A stretch of DNA of 64,000 bases from Candidatus Aminicenantes bacterium (GTDB lineage Bacteria; Acidobacteriota; Aminicenantia; Aminicenantales; UBA4085), in assembly GCA_026393865.1 (NCBI GenBank), contig JAPKZI010000010.1, positions 1,078-65,077 of the forward strand, read 5' to 3'. A program made the translations under genes and the position numbers. Positions within the stretch are counted from its first letter, which is position 1. Every line of letters starts with the position of its first letter. Below the pieces are notes generated by a model that searched no databases, was not told where the DNA came from, and saw only the letters and a program-made list of their open reading frames with translations. Below, one piece after another: positions 26,938 through 36,505 of the stretch.

Positions 26938-28050
26938 ATGAAAAAAAGGAACGTCCATTGGATCTGGAGCGCGGGGCTGCTGCTTGTCTTCGGTATGGCG
27001 GCGGCTTCGCCGATCGACATTAAGGACCTGATCCGGGAGGCCGTCTCCATTCCCTCGGCCTTAGGCAACGAAGAGGCTCTCGGTACGAAGATCCTCTCGT
27101 ATCTGCCCAAGGGCGCCGCCGAGAGGGATAACCTCGGCAGCGTTTACGCCCGGTTCGGATCGGGCGGATCGAAGATCGCCCTCCTCGCCCCGCTCGACGA
27201 ATACGGCTGGTTCGTGAGCGGAATCACCCCGGACGGCTATCTGAGGCTCGACCGCTCCGCCCAGCCCCAGCCGAACTTCGACAACTATCTGCTCGGCCAC
27301 CCCGTCGTCATCTCCACTCAGAAAGGCCTCCTCTACGGTGTCGTCTCCCAGCCGGCCATGCACCTGATCACGCGGGAGCGGCGCGAAGAGCTTAGGAACC
27401 TCTCGCTCGATCTCGTTTACGTCGATATCGGCGCCCGGTCGGGAGAGGATGCCCGACAAAAAGGCATCGAGTTCCTCGATCCGGTGACCCTCTGGCCGGA
27501 GCTCAGCGCGCTGGCCAACGATCGATGGGCGGGTCTCTCTCTCGGCCAGAAATCCTCCTGCGCGCTGCTGCTGGGGTTGGCCGAAGACCTGGGCAAGGCG
27601 AAATTGTCCCAGGAGGTCGCCCTGGCCTGGATGGCCCAATCGAAATATCCGACCCGGTCCGGCGGGGCCAGGTCTTCGCTCGGCGCCATCCGGGCCAAAA
27701 GAACGATCCAACCTAAGCTCGCGATCATCGTCGACGGCGTCCCCGCCGACCGGGGCGAGAAAAGCCCGGCGCTCGGCAAAGGCCCGGTCCTCATCCTTCC
27801 GAAGGAGGGAGCGGCGAAGCTGAAAGATGCCGTCGAGGCGGTTGCCCGGGAGGCCAAAATTTCCCTTCAATATCAGACCGGCGCCGAATCAGCGCTCTTG
27901 AACGGTCTGAACGGAGAGGGGACGGAAGCCCTCATGCTGGCCATTCCCATCAAATTCGCCCAGACTCCGTCTGAGGTCGTGGACCTCAAAGATGTCTTGG
28001 CTTTGAAAACCCTGCTTCTCCAACTCCTCCAATCCGGGAGGGTCAAATGA
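26938..28050 (+). CDS. M42-family (FrvX / glutamyl aminopeptidase-like) peptidase with signal peptide
   Basis: Signal peptide MKKRNVHWIWSAGLLLVFGMAAAS. M42 metal-site regions (LLAPLDEYGW..., DGVPADRGEK). RBS AGAGGAGG. Confidence 0.75.
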   Translation: MKKRNVHWIWSAGLLLVFGMAAASPIDIKDLIREAVSIPSALGNEEALGTKILSYLPKGAAERDNLGSVYARFGSGGSKIALLAPLDEYGWFVSGITPDGYLRLDRSAQPQPNFDNYLLGHPVVISTQKGLLYGVVSQPAMHLITRERREELRNLSLDLVYVDIGARSGEDARQKGIEFLDPVTLWPELSALANDRWAGLSLGQKSSCALLLGLAEDLGKAKLSQEVALAWMAQSKYPTRSGGARSSLGAIRAKRTIQPKLAIIVDGVPADRGEKSPALGKGPVLILPKEGAAKLKDAVEAVAREAKISLQYQTGAESALLNGLNGEGTEALMLAIPIKFAQTPSEVVDLKDVLALKTLLLQLLQSGRVK

Positions 28051-29351
28051 GAAAAGCTGTCTATATCATTTTATTCTCGGTGTTGATCCTGAACATCGCC
28101 GTTTCCGCGCCCCAAAGCGCTTCTAAGAGCGCTCCTCAGACCGCGTCACCCCCGTCAGGCTGGGACCTGCTCCGGAAGATCGTTCTCATCCCCGGCCTTT
28201 CGAGCCAGGAAGGAAAGGTCTCCGATTTCATCCAAGCCGCTCTGCCGTCCTCTCTTAAGGTCCAGAGGGACGCGAAATCGAATGTCTGGTTCACGGTCGG
28301 CGACGGCAAACCCCATATTCTCTTTGTCGCCCATCTGGACGAACTGGGATTCCTCGTCGACAAGATCACTCCCCAGGGGACCGTTCTCCTGCGGGTCCGC
28401 GGCGGCCTCCTGCCCCAGACATGCGAAGCCCGGCCGTTCGTCATCCACACGGCCAAGGGACCGGTCGAGGGCGTGATCCAGCCCAAGCCCGATTATTATC
28501 TAAGCCAGACGGCTGCCGCGTCTCCCGCCCGGGCGGCGCAATCTCCGGCCCAAATGACGTCTCAGCCCCTGCCGGTTCCGGCCGCCGCCCCAGCTCCGTC
28601 CCAGAAGCCTCCCCAAGCCGCCGCTCAGCCCGCTCCAAAGCCAACGCCCGCCCAGGCTAAAGCGCCGGCTCAGGCTCCCGCAAAGCCCCAGGGACAGGCT
28701 CCGGCCGCCGAGCCTGTCGAGCTTTATCTCGGCTGTTCCTCCGAACAGGAAGTCCGGGCCTTGGGAGTCGCGGAAGGGGATCAGGTCCTCTTTAAAAAGA
28801 GGCTCGTCGATCTTGCCCCCGATATCTTGGCCACGCGCGCCGTGGACGATCGGGCCGGCTGCGCCGCCCTTCTGGCCGCCGCCCTCCGCCTCGACTGGAC
28901 GAAGATCAAGACGAGGACGATCACTTTCGCCTGGGACGTGGAAGAGGAGACCGGCCTGAACGGTGCCCAACTTCTGGCCAAGACCCTCAAACCGGATTAT
29001 GTCTTTGCCATCGACACGTTCGTCTCGACGGACTCTCCGCTCGAGAACAAGAGGTTCGGCTACGCCGTGCTTGGCAAGGGCGCGGTCTTGCGGTCGATTG
29101 ACACCAGCAACGTGACGCCCAAGATCGAGATCCGCAAGGTGGCTAGGATCGCCGAGGGGCGCAAGATCCCCATCCAGATCCGGAACTCGCGCGGCGGGAA
29201 CGACGGCTCGGTCTTCGTCGCCGACGGCGCGGCGGACATCCCGCTGTCCTGGGCGGGAGCTTACGCCCATTCGTTCATCGAAAAGATCGTCAAGAGCGAC
29301 CTGGAGGCGCTGACCGATCTCATCGCCGCCCTCGTCGAGGAGTGGAAATAG
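28047..29351 (+). CDS. M42-family peptidase paralogue with signal peptide and a Pro/Ala/Gln-rich inserted linker
   Basis: ILFVAHLDELGFLVDKITPQG and C-terminal M42 domain. About 70-aa low-complexity PAQ-rich insertion. ATGA overlap with the upstream M42 gene. Confidence 0.7.
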   Translation: MRKAVYIILFSVLILNIAVSAPQSASKSAPQTASPPSGWDLLRKIVLIPGLSSQEGKVSDFIQAALPSSLKVQRDAKSNVWFTVGDGKPHILFVAHLDELGFLVDKITPQGTVLLRVRGGLLPQTCEARPFVIHTAKGPVEGVIQPKPDYYLSQTAAASPARAAQSPAQMTSQPLPVPAAAPAPSQKPPQAAAQPAPKPTPAQAKAPAQAPAKPQGQAPAAEPVELYLGCSSEQEVRALGVAEGDQVLFKKRLVDLAPDILATRAVDDRAGCAALLAAALRLDWTKIKTRTITFAWDVEEETGLNGAQLLAKTLKPDYVFAIDTFVSTDSPLENKRFGYAVLGKGAVLRSIDTSNVTPKIEIRKVARIAEGRKIPIQIRNSRGGNDGSVFVADGAADIPLSWAGAYAHSFIEKIVKSDLEALTDLIAALVEEWK

Positions 29352-29412
29352 AAGGAATAGAAAGCGCCGTCTTACCTCTTGTGCTCTAAATCGGGATCGG
29401 CAGATCCGCTCC

Positions 29413-32049
29413 TTACTCTTTTTCCGGATACAGCAAACCGTTCAAAAGGAACTTGTAGGTGCCATGGGACTGGGCCCGGTTCTGGCAGCGGAGGCCGATC
29501 AGAATGATGTGCCCGTCCTTGTACTTCGTATCGACGACGACCGCCTTCCGGGCGATGACGTCCGGGCCGAGCAGCCAGCCGCTTAATAGGATGCCGTCTT
29601 CGGGGTAGGAGGCGACGACCTTGCGGTCCCATTCGAAGCCCGGCATGGACGTGTCCAGGGCCAGGCTGTTGACGAACATGGCCGCCGCCTCCTTGGGCAG
29701 GCCGTAGCCGATCGGCGTTTCGTTGTCGACGAGGATCTTCAGGATCGAGGTCGGGCAGAAGAACCTCGTCCGGTCCACGTTTTGAAGGGAGTTCCGGGCG
29801 GGGACGTCGTATTCATTGAAGGCCAGGGTGCAGGCCTGGTTGAGCAGGACGACCGTGCCGCCCTTCTCGACGAACGCTTTCAGGGCGTCCACCCCTTCCT
29901 GCCCGATCCCTCCCTCATATTCGGGCGGGGTCGTCGAGGCGGGCTGCCGCGTCTGCGCGCCGGTCTCCGTGCCGCCGCCTCTCTGACCGCCGGCTCCGCG
30001 GCTTCCGGATTTGATCGTCGTGGCGTTCTCGTCGGCGAAGACGATGACATCGTAGTCGGCCCGGAGATCGACCTTTTTCTCCTTGGTTCCCTTGATATCC
30101 TCGTTGTGCAAGGTTTTGAAAGGGATGCTCATGTCGTCGAACATGTAGCGCGTCCAGCCTTCGTCCATGTTCCCGCGCCAAGACTGGTAGAGCCCGACGC
30201 GGTGAAACTTAAGTGGGGCTTTGGCGATATCCGCGGCATCGTCGAGGTCGACGACGGTCATGGAATATTTGGCCAGGAGGGCCGGCAGAGCTTTCTTGAC
30301 CTCGGGGGAGTTCTTGACGACGAAGCTGCCGGCGGAGATATCAAAGCCCTTTTTGGCGACCTTGGTCTTAGTCCGCCAGACCTCGGCCTTGGCGTCCTTG
30401 AGGAGGGCGAAGGCGATCGAGTACGAGGCGTTGATCTGCGAGCCGAGGACGAAATAGGCCCCTCCTCCTTGGTTCGCCGGGACCGGAGGATACGGCGTCT
30501 TGGCCAGCTTTTCGAGCTTGACCTCGAACGGTTCGTCGACCTGGTCGCAGGCGACGCCCATTTGGAGCGGCAGGGTCCAGCCGGCGTTGTCGTAGGGGGG
30601 CTGAGGGGGGCCGCCGGGATATTGGCGCATATCCGGATATTTCTGCTTTTCAAGCATGGCCCAGGCGTAGGTCTTGTACGGTTGGGCCATCTTCACCACG
30701 AACGAGCCCGCGGGGTAGAACTTCCCCCCGGCGATGAAATCGGCCTTGGCCTGATGGATCTCGACGCCTCCCAATTGTAGGACATCGAGCATCTTGAGCA
30801 TGGTCGGATAGTCATGCTGCTTGGCCGGAATGACGAAGGCGAACGGCTGGTTCTTGTCCACCTTCTCCACCGAGTTCTTGTACATCTGGTAGAAGTTGAA
30901 GAGGAGGTCTTCCTTGTGGAGCGAGGCCGTCTTGATCACGCTCTGGGTCATGGTCAGTTCGTAATCGACGAGGTCGCGCAGGCGCCACCAGCCGCCCGGC
31001 CAAGGATCGACGAAATCCATCATCTTTTCGTTGTAGGATTTCGGGATCTCGGTCGGTTCGATGAAGATGGGGGAGGCCAGACGGACCGAGGCCGCTTCGC
31101 TCAGGATGCCTACGACGTTGTGCAGCCAGGGCGTGTCGTCGCAGGCCCCGATATACCAGGCCGTGTAGCTCCGGCCGTTGACCACGCCGCTCATCCCGTT
31201 CCTCTGGAGGTCGAAAGCCATGTTCGTGCCGAAGAGGTTGACCATCCGCCAGACGAGCGGCTGGACGTTCGGAAGGGGCGGATCCATGTACGGGGGGATG
31301 AAAAGACGGGAGCCGCTGGAGCCCTGCTGGTGCTCGTCGACGTGGACTTGGGGCAGCCAGTCGTGGTAGAGGACCTTGGTGACCGCTCGCGTCTCGACCA
31401 GGTTCATCATGTACCAGTCCCGGTTGTTGTCGTGGCCGGCGTAGTAATGATAAAGCCAGGGCATCGAGCCGTTCTCGAATTTCGTCCCGACGTATTTCTT
31501 GTACCAGTCGACGACCATCTGGTTGCCGTCGGGATTATGAGTGGGGCAGAGGAGGACGATGACGTCGTTCAGGACCTTCTTGGCGTCGAACGGGGTCTTG
31601 CCCGCGACCAGATTGTAGGCCAGCTCCATCGACATCTGGGAAGCGGCGATCTCGGTCGAATGGAGGCTGCAGGTGATGAGGACGATGGCCTTGCCTTCCC
31701 TGGCCAGCTTCCTCGCCTCCTCGACGGGAAGGGAGCGGGGATCGCGCAGCTTCTTGGTGATCTCGCGATAGGCGTCGAGCTTGGCCATATTCTCTTCCGA
31801 GGTTATCGCGGCCATGATCAGGGGCTTCTTCATCGTGCTCTCGCCGAGGGTGAAGATCTTGATCCTCTTGGGCGCTTCCTGAGCCAGCTTTTCGAAGTAG
31901 GCCTTGATCTGGTTGTAGTCGGCCAGCTTCTTGTCCGCCCCGACTTTAAATCCAAGGAACGCTTCGGGCGCCGTCTGGGCCGAGAGAACGGCGGCGGCAA
32001 CAAGGGCCAGCCAAACGCCGAGCGAGATTTTTTTTCTGGTTTTCGTCAT
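29413..32049 (-). CDS. Secreted M14-family zinc carboxypeptidase-like protein (large, multidomain)
   Basis: Signal peptide. M14 core (LITCSLHSTEIAASQ, THNPDGNQMVVDWY). Confidence 0.75.
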   Translation of the reverse strand: MTKTRKKISLGVWLALVAAAVLSAQTAPEAFLGFKVGADKKLADYNQIKAYFEKLAQEAPKRIKIFTLGESTMKKPLIMAAITSEENMAKLDAYREITKKLRDPRSLPVEEARKLAREGKAIVLITCSLHSTEIAASQMSMELAYNLVAGKTPFDAKKVLNDVIVLLCPTHNPDGNQMVVDWYKKYVGTKFENGSMPWLYHYYAGHDNNRDWYMMNLVETRAVTKVLYHDWLPQVHVDEHQQGSSGSRLFIPPYMDPPLPNVQPLVWRMVNLFGTNMAFDLQRNGMSGVVNGRSYTAWYIGACDDTPWLHNVVGILSEAASVRLASPIFIEPTEIPKSYNEKMMDFVDPWPGGWWRLRDLVDYELTMTQSVIKTASLHKEDLLFNFYQMYKNSVEKVDKNQPFAFVIPAKQHDYPTMLKMLDVLQLGGVEIHQAKADFIAGGKFYPAGSFVVKMAQPYKTYAWAMLEKQKYPDMRQYPGGPPQPPYDNAGWTLPLQMGVACDQVDEPFEVKLEKLAKTPYPPVPANQGGGAYFVLGSQINASYSIAFALLKDAKAEVWRTKTKVAKKGFDISAGSFVVKNSPEVKKALPALLAKYSMTVVDLDDAADIAKAPLKFHRVGLYQSWRGNMDEGWTRYMFDDMSIPFKTLHNEDIKGTKEKKVDLRADYDVIVFADENATTIKSGSRGAGGQRGGGTETGAQTRQPASTTPPEYEGGIGQEGVDALKAFVEKGGTVVLLNQACTLAFNEYDVPARNSLQNVDRTRFFCPTSILKILVDNETPIGYGLPKEAAAMFVNSLALDTSMPGFEWDRKVVASYPEDGILLSGWLLGPDVIARKAVVVDTKYKDGHIILIGLRCQNRAQSHGTYKFLLNGLLYPEKE

Positions 32050-32119
32050 CCGAGCCTCCTGAGGAGCGAAAATAATCCTTTCTTTCTATCACTCACTTTG
32101 GAGCAAGTCAAGGTTAAGG

Positions 32120-32248
32120 CCTGGGGAAGGAGCTCGCTCGAAGCGGGCGAACGCTCTTCTCGTCGCGGGTCCTGTTGACAAGATCGAGACACGGCTTCGT
32201 TCCCGACTCGGGTTCTTAGCGCCGTTTCCTCACCGTCCTTCTCGGCGG
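32120..32248 (+). repeat. Dispersed ~129-nt intergenic repeat, copy A
   Basis: About 84% identical to the reverse complement of 46135-46263. Shared blocks GCTCGCTCGAAGCGG, CGAACGCTC, TCTCGTCGCGGGTCCT, TCCCGACTCGGG, CGCCGTTTCC, CCGTCCTTCTCGGCGG. Confidence 0.8.
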
Positions 32249-32367
32249 CGAAGTCTTTGGTCGCCGCGTCGACTATTTGTATTAACCGCCGGGAAAACCG
32301 AAGGATTTAGGCGTTGAGATTTCGGCTAGGGAGCGAGGCCGATTCCGGATCTTCTCCCGTTTCGTTT

Positions 32368-34671
32368 TTATTCGTCATGCGCTTTCAAGAGGATCATCTG
32401 TCCGGGCTTCGTTTCGAGTTCGATCCATTTGAGCGAAGGGCGTTTCCATACGCCGTCCACCGTGAAGACGAACTCGAACGGATTCGAAAGCTTCAATCTT
32501 CCGCCCTTTTCGGAGACGATCCTGACCTCGAGGACCTGGCCGTGGGACCTTTTTGCGGAGATGAGGAAGGCTCCCTCGGCCCGGAGGTTCTCGAACGAGA
32601 CATCTTTCCATGAAGCGGGAACGGCGGGGAAGAGGTGGACCGTCCCGGTATGGCTCTGGATCAACATTTCCTGGATCCCCGCGGCGAAGGCGAAATTCCC
32701 TTCGAGGGTGAAAGGCCGGTACGTGAATTTCGATTTTCCGGACCTGCTCTGGTCGCCGTTGACATGGAAACTGTTCGGAAGGCAGAAGCAGGCGGCGAAG
32801 ATCTTGAGGGCTTCGGCCGCGCCCTCGCCGTCGAAAGCCCGGGCCTTCAAATTCCCCAGCCAGCTGTAGGAATAGCCGCACCACTCGTCCGGGCCGATCC
32901 GGTCGAGCGTGGCCAGCGTGTTCCGGATGATCTCCTGATCGCCCGCGCCGTTCGACCGGTCGATCAGGCCGAGCGGATGAAAGGCCATGAGGTGGGAGAA
33001 ATGGCGGTGGGATTCGGCGTAAGGGAATCCGGGCGCGAATATCAGCCCGCTCTTTGGGTCTACGGCGAGATCGGGCCATTCGGCGAGGATCGCGCTCCAT
33101 CTTCGGGCTTCGCCGTCGCGGCCGAGTTCCACGGCCAGCTCCGCCGCGGCCTGAAAGGTCCATTTGATGAGGGCCAGGTCGAAGTTCGTCGTCGAGGCGA
33201 ACCAGGCTTTGGCGCTGTTGTCGAAGATCTCCGGGCTGGAGCTGAGCGGGAGCTTCCGCCGGCCGCTTTCATCACGCACCGACAACGCCTCGAGATGCGC
33301 GGCAACGTCCTTGAGCCAAGGATAGGCCCGCTCCTCGAGGAATCGGCGGTCCATGCTGTACCGCCAGTGCAGGTAAAAATGCTGGGCGAGCCAGGCGGAA
33401 ACCGTCGGACCGAAAGAATACTGGATCCAGCCCCCCATCGGCCGGCCGTCGAGCGTCGAGACGCCGGGAACGTTAAGCCCGTCCGTCTCGAAGTAGGTTT
33501 TCGTATATTTTTTGAAGGCGGGCCGCATCTCCCACAGCCAGTCGAGAAATCCCAGCCCCTCCTCGAGATGGTTGCCGCTGTAACACGGCCAGTAGCTGAG
33601 CTGGGTGTTCAAGTCGTGATGAAAATCGCCTTTCCATGGCGGGAGCTTGCCGTTGTCGGCCGTCCAGACGGCCTGGAGCGAGATGGGCGGCGCGCCGCGC
33701 CTGGCGGCGCATCCGAACTTATATTGTTCCAGGCGCCACTGCTTCTCCAGGACGTCGTCCGGGATGGAGATGGAGGACTTGCTCCAAAAATCCCTCCACC
33801 AGGCGGCGTGCTCGGCGAAGCTTTTTGAAAATCCCCGGCCGAGCTCGGCCCGGACCCGTTCCGCCGCGACGGATTCCTTGCGCTCGTCGGAGAACCGGGA
33901 GCTGATGCTCCAGACGCCCTCCAGTTCGTCCGGTCCGACCGCTTTCCAAGCCACGGCGATGTCGTAATAAAAGCCGCCCCAGCCGATCTGATGATAGACA
34001 AGCGTATTTTCCAATTCTTTGACCCGGCCTTGGCCATAGCCCAGCCGTCTCAAGTCCTGGCCCGTGACGGGATTCGTCTCGCCGCTGTCCTTGGCCGTCT
34101 GGTAGGGCGGCATGATCAGCAGAGGTCTGGGGTCCTTGCCGGCGCCTTTGAGACGGAACCAGCCGACCGGCAGAGTCGCGTGGACGAACGTCTCGAGGAA
34201 TTTCCCGCCCGGCCAAGACACCCGGCAGACGGCCTCATCGATGAACAGCCTCACGCTCTCGGCCGCGCCGAAGCCGCCGAGATCAAATTCCAGGGCTCCG
34301 GCGGGGATCTTCGACGGCGCCGGATCGGCATCGTAGGGCTTGTCGAATCGGTCCTGGACGGGTTTATAGTCGTTCTTTTTCCATTGGTCCTGGACCCAGC
34401 GGAACTTCCATTCCGGGCCGCTTAGATTTCGCATGGGACGAAGATCCCAGAGATCGGCCCGGTCGAGGGACATCCGCAGACGGCCGCCGTTTGTCCAGAC
34501 CAGCGCGCCGACCAACCCGTTGCCGAGGGGGACGGCTTCGTCCCAGGTCTTGGCCAGAGCCGGAAAGACGAGGTCATGCGCGGACGGCCGGAGGGGAAGA
34601 TCCGCTCCAGTCAGGGACGGGCCGGTGAGGGCGACCGCTACGAATATGATCAATGAAACTATTTTTTTCAT
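32368..34671 (-). CDS. Secreted glycoside hydrolase, GH95-like (alpha-L-fucosidase family)
   Basis: Signal peptide. N-terminal WDEAVPLGNGLVGALVW motif characteristic of the GH95 N-domain. Length 767 aa. Confidence 0.6.
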   Translation of the reverse strand: MKKIVSLIIFVAVALTGPSLTGADLPLRPSAHDLVFPALAKTWDEAVPLGNGLVGALVWTNGGRLRMSLDRADLWDLRPMRNLSGPEWKFRWVQDQWKKNDYKPVQDRFDKPYDADPAPSKIPAGALEFDLGGFGAAESVRLFIDEAVCRVSWPGGKFLETFVHATLPVGWFRLKGAGKDPRPLLIMPPYQTAKDSGETNPVTGQDLRRLGYGQGRVKELENTLVYHQIGWGGFYYDIAVAWKAVGPDELEGVWSISSRFSDERKESVAAERVRAELGRGFSKSFAEHAAWWRDFWSKSSISIPDDVLEKQWRLEQYKFGCAARRGAPPISLQAVWTADNGKLPPWKGDFHHDLNTQLSYWPCYSGNHLEEGLGFLDWLWEMRPAFKKYTKTYFETDGLNVPGVSTLDGRPMGGWIQYSFGPTVSAWLAQHFYLHWRYSMDRRFLEERAYPWLKDVAAHLEALSVRDESGRRKLPLSSSPEIFDNSAKAWFASTTNFDLALIKWTFQAAAELAVELGRDGEARRWSAILAEWPDLAVDPKSGLIFAPGFPYAESHRHFSHLMAFHPLGLIDRSNGAGDQEIIRNTLATLDRIGPDEWCGYSYSWLGNLKARAFDGEGAAEALKIFAACFCLPNSFHVNGDQSRSGKSKFTYRPFTLEGNFAFAAGIQEMLIQSHTGTVHLFPAVPASWKDVSFENLRAEGAFLISAKRSHGQVLEVRIVSEKGGRLKLSNPFEFVFTVDGVWKRPSLKWIELETKPGQMILLKAHDE

Positions 34672-34718
34672 AGGGGAAGTGTAAAGAAATCCCCTTTAAA
34701 TATCAACCCATTCGACTA

Positions 34719-34792
34719 CCCGGGCTGAAGCCCGGGGTATGCTCAGGGTTAATACTGAGCGGCGCTTTTAACCCCGATTTAAAAATCGGGGT
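34719..34792. other. Three consecutive perfect hairpins in the divergent GH95/flavodoxin intergenic region
   Basis: CCCGGGCTGAAGCCCGGG. GCTCAGGGTTAATACTGAGC. CCCCGATTTAAAAATCGGGG (9-bp stem, 2-nt loop) followed by TTT. Confidence 0.6.
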
Positions 34793-34858
34793 TTGGCGCC
34801 GTCGAACGTATCAACCGATCCGGTTTGTGGTAAAATGGCCGCTCAAGGAGACTCGACC

Positions 34859-35335
34859 ATGGCCAGTGCGCTTGTTTGCTACTATTCGAAAACGGGCAAC
34901 ACCGAGAAGATGGCGATCAAGATCGCCGAAGCCCTCCGCAAGAATGGACTTGAGGCCGATTTCAAGAAGGCCGAGGATACGGATCCTTCCGACCTTTTAA
35001 AATACGATTGCCTGGTCTTCGGCTCGCCCACGTATTACGGCACCATGGCTTGGCCGTTGAAAAAGCTCTTCGACGAGAGCGTCAAGCACCACGGCAAGCT
35101 CAAGGGCCGGGTCGGCGGGGCGTTCGCCTCGTCGGCCAACATCGCCGGCGGCAACGAGACCACGGTCCTGGATATCCTCAACGTCCTTCTGATCCACGGC
35201 ATGGTCGTCCAGGGCGAACCCCAGGGCGACCATTATGGGCCGGTGGCCATCGGCCGGCCGGACGACCGGTCGGTCAAAGCCTGCGAGCGCTATGCGGTGA
35301 ACCTGGCCGCCCTGACGAAAAAGCTGTTCGGATAA
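34859..35335 (+). CDS. Flavodoxin-like FMN-binding protein
   Basis: MASALVCYYSKTGNTEKMA flavodoxin signature. RBS AAGGAG at 34845-34850. The track's upstream in-frame extension is rejected. Confidence 0.75.
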   Translation: MASALVCYYSKTGNTEKMAIKIAEALRKNGLEADFKKAEDTDPSDLLKYDCLVFGSPTYYGTMAWPLKKLFDESVKHHGKLKGRVGGAFASSANIAGGNETTVLDILNVLLIHGMVVQGEPQGDHYGPVAIGRPDDRSVKACERYAVNLAALTKKLFG

Positions 35336-35472
35336 GCGGCCCGAAGGGACTCGGACGGATTTCGCGGCGTGTTTTTGCTCCGATCTATCCGAATCTCCGC
35401 TTGGCTTTTCGGGGGGAATGTGATAAAAATGATGTCCGTTTCAATCCGGCTTTTTATAAATAGGACAACGAG

Positions 35473-36129
35473 ATGAAAAGAGATATCAAGAAGAAGCTCA
35501 AAGAAGACGAATTCGTCTCCGGCATGAACAAGTTCATGCATTTCGTCAGGACCTGGGAGAGGGAGATCCTGATCGCGGCCGCGGCCGCGGCCGCCGTCCT
35601 CCTCCTCTTTCTCGGCTTCCAATTTCTCAAAGCCCAGCAGGTGAAAAAGGAAAGCCGGACGGCCGGGCAAATCCTGGAGCTCCGGAGCGGCCTGGCCGCC
35701 AAGCCGGAGAACGCCGCCCAATTGGAGAAGCTGGGGGGCAAGGGCAAATTCTCGCGCGTCTCCTATATCAGCCTGGCGACCTACTGGGTCGAACAGGGGC
35801 AGCTCGACAAGGCCCAGGCCGCCCTGGCCAAGATCAAGGACGAGACGAAGGATTTCTTTTATTATCAAGCTCTGGACCTGTCGGCTCAGATCGCCATCCT
35901 CAAGGGCGAATATGACAAAGCGATCGACCTCTTAAAGAAGATCGAGGCCGATAAACCCAAGGACTATCTCCTGGACGCCATCCTTTTTCGCCGCGCCGAA
36001 GCGCTGGAAAAGAAAGGCGATATGGCTGAGGCGCTGAAGCTCTATAAAACTTTGCAAGCGGATTACGCTCAGTCTTATTTCGGCTATGACGCTTCCCTCA
36101 AGGTCAAGAAGCTCGAGGCGGCGAAATAG
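35473..36129 (+). CDS. Membrane-anchored TPR protein (YfgM-like architecture)
   Basis: Charged N-terminus, one TM helix (ILIAAAAAAAVLLLFLGF), then TPR-like helical repeats. Confidence 0.55.
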   Translation: MKRDIKKKLKEDEFVSGMNKFMHFVRTWEREILIAAAAAAAVLLLFLGFQFLKAQQVKKESRTAGQILELRSGLAAKPENAAQLEKLGGKGKFSRVSYISLATYWVEQGQLDKAQAALAKIKDETKDFFYYQALDLSAQIAILKGEYDKAIDLLKKIEADKPKDYLLDAILFRRAEALEKKGDMAEALKLYKTLQADYAQSYFGYDASLKVKKLEAAK

Positions 36130-36138
36130 CGTCCCGGC

Positions 36139-36166
36139 TTGTAAAATCGAAAAAAAATATTATAAT
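36139..36166 (+). promoter_or_regulatory. Near-consensus sigma-70-type promoter for the ferredoxin gene
   Basis: TTGTAA, 16 nt spacer, TATAAT. RBS GAGGAGG 8 nt before the ATG at 36198. Confidence 0.45.
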
Positions 36167-36197
36167 TTAGCTTTCAATCCACCGAGGAGGATCACTC

Positions 36198-36443
36198 ATG
36201 GCTTACAAGATCACCGAAGAATGCATCAACTGCGGAGCCTGCGAACCCGAATGCCCCAACCAGGCGATCTCGGCCGGGGACACGGTCTACGTCATTGACT
36301 GGACGAAGTGCACGGAATGCGTCGGCAGCCACGCCGAGTCCCAGTGCGCCGCGGTCTGCCCGGTCGATTCCTGCGTTCCCGATCCCGATCACAAGGAGAG
36401 CCGGGAAGAGCTCGAAGCCAAGCATAAGAAGCTGAAGGGCTGA
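36198..36443 (+). CDS. 2x[4Fe-4S] ferredoxin (YfhL-like)
   Basis: Two Cys clusters: [12 protein letters not shown] and [18 protein letters not shown]. Confidence 0.85.
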   Translation: MAYKITEECINCGACEPECPNQAISAGDTVYVIDWTKCTECVGSHAESQCAAVCPVDSCVPDPDHKESREELEAKHKKLKG

Positions 36444-36466
36444 ACTCGACCAAGCCTCGTTGAACA

Positions 36467-36498
36467 TAGGAGTGAGGGATCTCACTCCTATTTTTTTT
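36467..36498 (+). terminator. Rho-independent terminator after the ferredoxin gene
   Basis: TAGGAGTGAG-ggat-CTCACTCCTA followed by TTTTTTTT. Confidence 0.85.
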
Positions 36499-36505
36499 AG
36501 GGCCC

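Noticed and set aside
24903-27110. 735-aa minus-strand ORF
   Set aside because: It is antisense to the well-supported FAD-oxidase and ACT-domain genes. Its translation is Arg/Gly/Asp-rich low-complexity sequence typical of high-GC antisense frames, with no motifs.
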